A stretch of 64,000 nucleotides of DNA. It comes from Dimorphilus gyrociliatus (Eukaryota; Animalia; Annelida). Shown here piece by piece: positions 54,641 through 64,000 of the stretch. The translations under genes were made by a program, and so were the position numbers. The stretch lies in assembly GCA_904063045.1 (NCBI GenBank), contig CAJFCJ010000024.1:863777-927776 (forward strand), given 5' to 3'. The notes beneath the pieces were generated by a model, which made no database searches, was not told the origin of the DNA, and saw only the letters and a program-made list of their open reading frames with translations. Every line of letters starts with the position of its first letter. The first letter of the stretch is position 1.

Positions 54641-56750
54641 AAGTCTGTATGAAAGATAGAGGAACCCATTTTAAAAACCTACTGGAGTTTAGGGCAGCAA
54701 ACAACAGTGAAAGACAGAAAAGAGCAAAGAGGGTGGGAAAATTTTTCATTTTTTAATAAATTGTATGTATTTTGCTTGATCAACCGTTTTACTCTTGTCT
54801 AGTTTGTCAAGAATGATTGATCAGCGTAATAATGTATATAATCGTTCACGACACGTCTATAAAAATTAGTAGCATATTCTTTTTTTTGTTATCTAATTTC
54901 ATATAGAATTCTGTTGTAAAACTAGCTGCCAAAAGGACAGTCAGAGAAGGAAAGTTTTTTTAAGGATATTCCTAATGAAATTTGACAAAAGCGATGAAAT
55001 GTAAGATATTTGTATATATACAATCTTTCTCTCGCTCTCTCATCGACTTTCCTTATATATATATATATATCTACAGAAACTGTTTCTTTTCTCCTATGAA
55101 ATTTGAAAAGGTACATTAATGCGTGAGCTGAGGATTGGGAGGAGATGACTAGAAGAAATTGGGAGGTGGAATACTAGAGATAGGGTTATATTAGTTTGCC
55201 GTATCAAATTATAGGAATGAAAATCAGTTGAGCGAGAAAACGTTTTATCCAATGCAAGTTTCATGTTTGCATTGGATATTCTCTAGAGCTCTTTATATAT
55301 ATCTAGTGTTATGCCAAATTCCGATTTATGACTTATTACCTAAAGACAATAAACTGCTAACCACTTTTACTAATTGTTACAAATAATTGAAGTAATAAAT
55401 CCCTAATCTAAACAATATCCTATCCCACATTAATTATTAATAGTGTGCATACTGTGAATGTATTTATATATACATGTATTTATATATATACAGTATATAG
55501 TATATAGGCTAATATTTTGTCTGATCTATAGTACAAACCCGTAAGAATAAAAATTCATCTTTAATTTTTCTCTTATTTTATTCATAGTCCTAATATGTTT
55601 CATTACGGAATAGGAAACATAAATTTGATTTCTGAAAACGTCTAGTCATCCGTTTAAATTGGCGTTTCGATTCTTCAGTTATCCTTTCATCCTATCCTCT
55701 CTAGTAGAAACAATTCAAATATAAACGTTCCTCTATCTCTTTTTCATCTTTCGATATTATTTACTTTATCAATAAATAAATGAATTACTAATTGTTAAAC
55801 TTTCTTTCAAGATTACTTTTATCATGTTTAATAGGAGAACGTTGGAAAATAAAAGAGCGTATAGGAAATTACTGGTTAGTAATACGTAGTGCTTACGAAA
55901 TACAAGTACAGTGTATATATAAGTTATATATATAATTCTATAAGGCGATATGATGCGTATATACAACACATATACAGTATATATATATTTATATATATAT
56001 ATATATATATATTTGTGAAGAAATTTATAGATATCTATTTAAGCCTATCTGGAAGAATTTCACCATAAACCCTACTAAATATATATAGCGTAATCGACAG
56101 GAAGGTGGAATTGGAATGAAATTAGTAGACGGTAGGAAGCCTTTTTAACGCAACTTTCTCTTTGGCTTGCTCTTTAGGAAAAATCATAGGCCTATTAGAA
56201 AGTACGCTGAATGCCCCATAATTTAAATGAACAATTGCCACAAACTGCACCTATTAATTAAAAATTCGTTTTTATTTATTTACGTAACTAGAATTTGACC
56301 TAAATTCAAAATTACGCAGACACATTCCATTAATTTCCCCTCATCAACTTCTATAAAATAAGGAAAAGGGGAAAAAACCTGGCAAATAATTCGACGCTTT
56401 TAGACGCCTTAGAAAGAATAAAGGTTGCATTTTTCTTTCTGTGAATCTTATATTATATTAACTTTGTAGAAGAATTTCTTATGAAAGTTTCCATTTCGCT
56501 AATAGGTAATCGTTCGAAAATAATTTCAAACAAAAATTTAGGAATGGGGGAACATGTTTTACTTTGATCGTCTAGTTCCCTAATTCCCCGGCTATCGGTC
56601 TTCAATATATAAAATGAATGAATTTCTAGGTATTTCTTCCACCAGTCTACTGGGTTTTTCCACAGCTTAAAAAAAACTGAGGTAACATTTACAGGGAAAT
56701 AGGAAGGAAGTAAGAAAGATAGAATGAAAAAGAGAGTATGTGTGTGTGAG

Positions 56751-56786
<36 letters not shown>

Positions 56787-59700
56787 GGGGAGAGGGGAGG
56801 GGGAAAGGGGAACGCAAGAGAGCGAGAAAAAAGATGTAAAAGAATCTATCTAACCTAAAATTAACTGTTTCGTGCAGCGTGGGGACAAAATGTATAATTA
56901 AGTAATAATTATAGTAAAGGATAGAAATTTTTTATGTATAATTTTTATTTTAGATTCGCGTGTGTTATTATTTAATCTCTAAATTCTCTAAATTTACGAA
57001 AATCATGATAAAATGATGAATAATTACGTATTAATCAATTAACAAAATGTTAAGGCTTTCTTTTTTTTTTCTCCTTTTTTGACACTGAAAGCTTTAAATG
57101 CTTGTCATTATTACGTAGTTTCCCTAATCTATTCGTTTCCCCTATACAACTAAAGGTTTAAGCGCTCTTACTTCACTACCATTACTATTCCTCTTCTTTT
57201 TTATTGTTATTCCCACTTTTTTAACGTTTTTTTTATAGATATTAAATTAATATCTAATTAGTAAAAACCAGGATTTATTACCTATAAAAAACTAATTTAA
57301 CTATCCTACTTTCGGTATATATGTGGTTTCTTTCAATCAACTCTTATAATTTTTTTTATCTTACAAGGTCATTACATATTAGTCCAACAGGAAGACATTT
57401 TAGTAAAACATTTAACTCTTCCGCCTGCAACGCTTATCTCAGCATCAAACTATAGGCCTATAGATAAAGTAAATCCTTCGAAATTGTTAGTAACAAGAAG
57501 GAAGAAGGAGGAAAGACATAAGAGCAAAAGAGAGAGAAAAAGAAAGAGAACGGCGTTATAGAAAAGCCATACAACTTTAATAATTTTTGTAACAGTTTTA
57601 ATTCTTTATAAAATTATCTTCGTTCTATTGATAACAAAGAGAGAGAGAGAGAGAGAGGGAGGGAGAGAGACGCTATCAATTAGTATCGGAATTTCTCGCC
57701 TTCAAAGAGATATATTATAAAGCTGTTTTGGCCCACCCTCTTAGTTATTGATAAATAATATAAAGCCAGACAATCTATAAATCATTCTTTTCGACACGTA
57801 AAATCTATGTTAAAAGCTTGTCAGCTCAATAAGAATTAATAATTAATTAAAGACGGTTTTACCATTGTCTTAATAAAGTAAATAAATAAAAATCTAGGCC
57901 TTTACTAATACTAGTTATACATATAATGTGTAATTACTGATTGATCTCTATAAGAAGTGGAGAGTTAACGAATAATGCTCCCTAATTAATACACTATTTT
58001 TGGTAGAAGTTTATTGAACAAAGAGCAACTGGAAGACGCTTCTATTCTCTTTTAATCCTATTATGCTGCTTTGCCACGGTTTCTCAATTTATTTAATGTT
58101 TTTAACTACTTTTCATTTAATAGACTGCGGTTAGTTAACTTTTTTCCTTTACAAAGAAAGAAAGGAAAAATATACGTTAGAAAAAATAACGGGAAATGAG
58201 AATATAGATGAATAGATAGACACTAAGAAGAGGAGAGGAGAGGGTGAGAGAGAGAGAACGAGAGCAAGCTAGAGAAGCACTTATTTTACTATCAGTTCTT
58301 TCATATAAGTTTTCTTACATTGATATTCTGTATGTAGGCTGATGTTGTTTATCATTTTTTCCTTAAGCCTACATAATATGTATAAGGCCCTCTCGAACGC
58401 TACGTAATCCTTAATAATCCTCTATAAATAAATACTACTATATAACACTTGTCAGAGAAATGATGAATAAAATCTTTGTAGTTTTTGTTTTAGGTTGTTT
58501 CCTTTTAAGAAAAGAGAAGTTGAAAATTAAAAAAAAACCGATAAGCTGATGGCTGATTTGAACTTTACGCCCCCTACTCCGCAGGTCTATCTACAAAGTT
58601 CACAGAGTCGATTTTCTGCGTAGTGGGAAAAGACGCCGTCTCCCACAAAGTTATTATCAAGTATTTTAATAGAATCAAGTCGACACAAGAGCACACTAGC
58701 TAAGAATCAATTACAAACAAGAATTAACTGGACAGGAAAATGTCTTAGTTCAACATCTCTTAGCCTTTCTGAAATTTGTTTGCCCAAACCGACGTCTCCT
58801 AGCTTTAACTCCCTTAGCGATATTCTACAAACACCATGAAAGTGTTTCGTGAATAAGTTATCTATGAAAACTACATGTAGAGTATATATATAATAACATA
58901 CTGAATACATTTGCAGACTGAATCTTTGTATAAATCCTAAAGAAGGTTTTCACTTTTTTAATTTAGGATTTTAAACGAAGAAACCTAAAAAAATCTCTCT
59001 TTCTTGGGAATGAACGTCAAATTTGATGATTTAATCAGTCATATGTAAAAACCTGTACACTTGCCCCATCTCGGGGCACCTAGAATTTTTAACTCCCACG
59101 ATAAATTAACTAGACATTTGAGCTCAACTTTTCACCCTTTCCGTTCCCTGGTTTATCTTAAAGCTCCGGCTTTTAATCAATCATAACGTTTTACGTATAG
59201 AAAGAATAGAAAGGAAATCGTAACCTCTTCTAAATGTCTTTAACACGCTAGTGAAAGTTTAGACGATACCGACTTTGGGAGGTCTCACAAAATATTCCTT
59301 CTTTCGATTAGGGAATTCTCTGGAATAATTTTCCAGATCGAATTGTTTTTATTTTTTGCAGTATTTGCTTTTTTTTATCAATTTGCGCTTTACCATTCTA
59401 TTTATTGATATCTACTAATTGAAAGGTATTCTTGTGATCTTCTAGTTGTGTGAAAAATCATATAAAGAAAAACTCAACCATCAAAAAAAGAAGTAATTTC
59501 AATCAATACTTTCATCTATTTAGTCTTATTTCGGTCTGTTCAATCGTTTTTTTGTATGTTATTAGATTGACTATAGGACTGATCGCCGAATTTGTTGATA
59601 AACATTGAACGAAAGAAGATTCTCTAAATCCTAGTGTTATATATATATATAGGTATATTGGAAGATTCGTTATCGGAAGGAGAGAAAAGCTCTGGGAAAT

Positions 59701-59961
59701 TGCAAATTAAGTAGTAGGCTTATATACCCTGTTCTACGAGTATCAATGATGCTAATACTAATAAATATGTAAAAGGAGAAAAAATGTAAAGAAAATAGAT
59801 TCAAAAAAACAAACTTGAAACTTTTTTTTAATGTTCTATGCTAAAAAAAGTTTGTCACTTTGCAATTTTTTCTCCTTTCCTCCGTAATTATTTCTCTTTT
59901 TTTCCTTCTTCACTGTTCGTCTTCCTCTTTCTTTCTCTTACTCTCCCTTTCTCTCTCTCTT

Positions 59962-59992
<31 letters not shown>

Positions 59993-60162
59993 TTCTCTCT
60001 TACTCTCTCTTTAAGTGATACTATCTTTTCAACTCATAATTTTTTTTTAGAAATTTAGAATGGAATAAACTAAGGGTGTAGAATATTAGGAGAAAATGAA
60101 AGAACTTACGTAATAGCTAATAGGCCTACAAGGATCGTCGCGAAATATTGCAAGGTGAACAT
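42291..60162 (-). CDS. Cys-loop ligand-gated chloride channel subunit, GABA-A alpha/GRD-like, 440 aa, 7 exons
   Basis: Exons (minus) 60162-60110, 53746-53631, 47622-47555, 47287-47224, 43567-43322, 43249-43106, 42922-42291 (1323 nt, all GT-AG, phases consistent). Signal peptide MFTLQYFATILVGLLAIT, NVTALLDSLLKGYNKHLRPGFGG, loop D SMDCYFRQTW, loop A KIWIPDTY, Cys-loop CIMNLEKYPMDKQNC, loop B GSYGY, M1 LQIYLPCYLIVIISWVSFWI, M2 PARVTLG, M3 VMCFCFVFAALVEYAGVNYF, M4 SRIDSMARILFP. Confidence 0.95.
54193..54250. repeat. (TC)n microsatellite
   Basis: Perfect TC run of about 58 nt in GABA receptor intron 1. Confidence 0.95.
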
Positions 60163-60344
60163 GATTGGCGCCGGTGCTATATAACTCTTCTCGCGTCTCT
60201 TTCCGAATCGCTTTCGTGCAGCGTCACCTAGCGGCGGATAAGTAACATCGAATCAAATCAAAAAACGCTGTTCGACGCCGATAGTACTATTTTTGACAGT
60301 TCACGATAAATATTATTATTTTTATAAACATTAAACAGTAATTA

Positions 60345-62178
60345 TTATGCTAAAAATCGACGTTTATTTTGACAGGAAGATAAACATTGGTCGTATTGTC
60401 GGAAAACTTTCGATAGGGCGTTGTATAAGGCATTCAGACCATCTATACCTTTCATCGTTTCAAGAAGGTTGGCGACGAAATTCGGAAAGGTCAAATCTGT
60501 TTGAAAAAATACAACCTTTAAAAATTGTAAATATATGTGACTACTGCCGATTTATCTTCTTCAAACAGATTATGCAAATTATCCTAAAAGCTGTTCTTTC
60601 TATCTGAAGCAGAAACAAAGAAAGACTGACAGACAGACAGACAGAAAAAACGCAGCATAAAAAGGGAATTATAAAAAGAAATTCATTTTCTTCCCTTGTC
60701 CTTTCCTGATTTGCTTTATGGCTGTTTGCATCTTTCACTAACTCTTTAAGCATCCACCTTATAAGAGCACGTGCCTTTCTTCTCAACCTCTTTTTTTATC
60801 TCTACACCCTTTGATAATATAATTTAACCCTGCTTCCATATTTATTCTAAAATTAAGATTATTAATTATTCAGACCACGACAGAGAAGCTGTAAAATGAA
60901 GAAAGGGAATATAAATGAGTGAAGTATAATTTATTCGTCATATCCTTTCACATCAGACTAAACTGAGGAAAGAAACTGCTAATATCTTGAAAAGTCAAAT
61001 ATCATCTCCCTGAACAGATTTGTCTTAAAATTAAGTCATATTGCTATAAATACACCAAAAACAAATCTGATTCAAAGCATTAAAGATACTATAAGCACTA
61101 GTCATAAATAGTTAACTACTCGGAATTATTTTCGACACCGAATATAATCCAATAATTTATATTTATCTAAATAAATAAAAAATGAATAAGTTTTATTCTA
61201 CTTGATTACCAAGGACCGGAATAGAATGATCAGCAATGGACGGAGAAAAAAAGTGATACTCTATAATATTCTATCCCTCATTACGCTATAATACTTTTAT
61301 CAATTTTTTATATAGTGGCGTCATCTGGAGGGAAAATAACTTATCTATTTAATATTGTCAAAAGTGAATTTTGTTGATTAAGTTCCAGTAAAAGTTGTAG
61401 TACTTTTGTTTATTAAAAAAAAAGTATTATATTAATTAGAAAATAGAGAACTTAAACTCTAAAAGCTCAATTTTGGCAATGTTTCAAGGCCTAATCTCAA
61501 TAATATTTTGGTCCATTTATCTGCAATTTCTCGCATAGTTGCTTCCTAAGAACCTAATTAGGAATTGTTGTATAGGTTTGCACGAACTTAATCAATATTT
61601 TCAACAGATCAAAATGCCTTTCAGTAAAGAGAGAGAGAGAGAGAGAAAGAAGAAAGAAAAATAGAAAACATGAGATGGGATCTAATAACTATTAAAAACC
61701 TTATATTATAAAATCAAATTTCATGGAAAAATGTTATATATAGGAAAAGAAAATAGTTAAACAATCCTTAGAGCGAAAATATATAGGTAGTAGTATAGGG
61801 TGAGAAGAATATCTACACAGTAACAGTAACATAAATGACTTTAGTTATTCAATTTCAAATGTTATTTCTTATTATACTTACATCGGTTTTTAGAGAACCT
61901 TACCTTAATTGAAATGACTTTTTCAATAGTATATAAGGCATAGACTAACAAGAATAGGAAAATTGTCGAAAGCTTAAGTTACTGAACACTTGATGTGTTT
62001 TTTTTTTTCATTGTACCTTATCAAATATCTTTAATTTTTAATTTACATAATGAAAATTCGAGAAGAATAGTTTAGTCTCTTGGGAGTATCAGCTAAACAT
62101 TTAATATTTTTTTGTCTATTCCTTAATTACAATTCTCAATTACAGAATTTATAATTCATGACTTTAAAAGAGACGATA

Positions 62179-62245
<67 letters not shown>

Positions 62246-62607
62246 GGTAGGAGAGGGAGAGAGATGAGTAAGGGATGATAGCAGAGAATAACAATAGAGA
62301 ATTGCTTGTAGAGAGAATGGATAACTAGAATAACTAAAGGCCTATAAAAAGTCTTGTTTTAGGAAATAAAATGAAAAAATCTCCTTTTTTTTTCTTTTTA
62401 CAAATGAAATTTATACTTTCTTTGAAGGAAAACTTTTAAGTAAACGTTTAACAATTTCATCTAAGAATCCTTAAGTGAGAGAAAGATTCATTTACGTTGC
62501 TCTTTATTTTTTTATATAAGCAATTATACTTGCCGCTATCATAACTTTCAGCTTCTTCTTTTTCTATTCTACAATAAACAAAATCTTGCTCTTTTTCTTT
62601 CTGTCTG

Positions 62608-62644
<37 letters not shown>

Positions 62645-63285
62645 GTTTCTTTACCCCATTCCCTTGCTATACTCTTTTTCTGCCTCTCTATAACTATATT
62701 TGGTATCTTTTAAAAGCGGAAATGATTAAAAGGTTATACATTTGTTAAATAAACTTTTGCTCGCTGATGCAAACAGAGAAACATTGTCTATTGTTGTCAA
62801 AGTAAATATAAAAATGACAGTTTGTATATAAAAAAGCTACTTTATGATAGATTCTTTAATATTTTTTACGGCTAGTTTGTTTATAAATTGACGTTAAATT
62901 GAAATAACAAAGTTTATAAGGATAAATTTTCCTTAAATGCGCCCTAAGTAGTTTGTCTCTTTTTTTAGGAGGGTAAAGAGGTAAGGGAAGGAGGTATGAG
63001 GCTGTAAAAAAGGTCTAGAGGTTATATATTAAACTTAATGAAAAGTTGACACAAAGGCAATAGGATAGGAAATACTAAAACGACCAAAATACTCTTTGGA
63101 TTTAATCCTTAAACTCGTCTAAACCGGCACTTACTCTCGGTTCCCAGACCGTCGTAATGACGTCGTAAAGCTCGAATTTCCATGCGAACGCACTTGGCTC
63201 TACAAGCCTCTCCATCCAGCGCCCAAATCGAATTAGACGAGTTGAAAATCGCGCAAACGCTCAATAGAATTACACCAATCCTCAT
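60345..63285 (-). CDS. Unrecognised secreted peptide/prohormone-like protein with twin CxxxC motifs, 100 aa, 2 exons
   Basis: Exon 1 63285-63135 (MRIGVILLSVCAIFNSSNSIWA-LDGEACRAKCVRMEIRALRRHYDGLGTE, GTAAGT donor, phase 1). Exon 2 60496-60345 (acceptor TATTTTTTCAAACAG; NLTFPNFVANLLETMKGIDGLNALYNALSKVFRQYDQCLSSCQNKRRFLA*). Total 303 nt in frame. Supported by a signal peptide, a canonical TATA box, and symmetric CRAKC/CLSSC motifs across the two exons. No homologue recognised. Confidence 0.75.
62185..62240. repeat. (GA)n microsatellite
   Basis: Perfect GA run of about 56 nt in the intron of the secreted-peptide gene. Confidence 0.95.
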
Positions 63286-63366
63286 TCTCTTTTTACCCCC
63301 TTCTTTTTTCTCTCTTCTTTTCCTTCTGTCGCTACGAAGGGTGGTATGTAAGATATCTCTCCGCGT

Positions 63367-63375
63367 CTTTATATA
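63367..63375 (-). promoter_or_regulatory. TATA box of the secreted-peptide gene
   Basis: Minus-strand TATATAAAG in GC-richer context, 82-90 bp upstream of the ATG at 63285, implying a 5' UTR of about 60 nt. Confidence 0.65.
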
Positions 63376-64000
63376 CGCCTGGAGTTGGAACCCTTCGTTG
63401 TTCCACGAACTCCTTCAGGAACCATTTATAATTTAGGCTCCTATTCACTTGGAAATATTACTGCTGTAAAACTAACGATGCATGGCCTTTTCTAAAACGA
63501 TATTTTCGACTAACAGGATATGCTATTGATAAATTTGTGTTGTAGCATTCAAAATATAAGAAAAGAAAAACACCGTTAAATAAATAAGAAAGTAAAAAAA
63601 ATTTCATTTGAAGAATGTAAGATGATTTATTTTGGGAGAAGAATTTCTTTCTCTTCTATATCACTTTTTCAATAGTTTTACTTTAAACTTTTATCAGCAA
63701 ATCAACTCTAGTTTATTATTGTTTTGAAAGTAAACTGTTCAAAATTTTAGCCTACTTTTCTAATCATACGAAAATATTACAGCTACTCCGACGGAAGATG
63801 CATGACATTTAAATGTAACACTTTGGCCTATAGATATAAAATATGCATAAAACCCTATGGAAAGGCAAATTGAAGAGTTCTAATGGAATAGCGATGAAAG
63901 TGAAAAAAATGAATGACAAATCAACAACTAATCCTGGTCAAGTTGGATTTCATCTAATAAACAATCGCATCTACACTGACAATAAAAACTAATCATTTGC

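Noticed and set aside
32824-56409. 17-mer GACGCTTTTAG(G/A)CGCCT shared by 32824-32840 and 56393-56409
   Set aside because: The flanks do not extend, and one 16/17 match in 64 kb is compatible with chance.
60347-60607. Plus-strand 86-aa ORF in the track
   Set aside because: Overlaps peptide exon 2 on the opposite strand; it has no recognisable domain, and the minus reading has phase-matched splicing support.
61237-61247. miR-184-like TGGACGGAGAA
   Set aside because: Only an 11-nt match, with no complementary arm nearby.
63182-63436. Plus-strand 84-aa ORF in the track
   Set aside because: Antisense shadow of exon 1 and the promoter of the minus-strand peptide gene, which has the signal peptide, TATA box and GTAAGT donor.

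Overview
AT-rich eukaryotic (invertebrate, probably lophotrochozoan) genomic DNA with the standard genetic code, GT-AG introns (many only 55-70 nt) and many (TA)n/(GA)n microsatellites. It is consistent with a compact annelid-type genome such as Dimorphilus; the species is my inference and is unverified. I assembled spliced gene models by hand and checked splice phases. In order: the possible 3' end of an upstream gene (1-107); an alpha-arrestin (-, 5 exons, 327 aa); a somatostatin/allatostatin-C/opioid-receptor-like GPCR (+, 3 exons, 390 aa); a MEP-1-like C2H2 zinc-finger protein (-, 4 exons, 769 aa); Rab21 (+, 6 exons, 211 aa); an intronless DHHC-family palmitoyltransferase whose catalytic motif reads SHHC (-, 272 aa); a secreted C-type-lectin plus ITIH-C-terminal/VWD-like fusion protein (+, 2 exons, 389 aa); a GABA-A/GRD-like Cys-loop chloride channel subunit (-, 7 exons, 440 aa); and a 2-exon gene absent from the ORF track encoding a 100-aa secreted peptide with twin CxxxC motifs and dibasic sites (-). 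The stop codon of that peptide gene lies only 183 bp before the GABA receptor ATG on the same strand, and this pair is the most intriguing object in the window. I found no tRNA, rRNA, CRISPR array or intact transposon.
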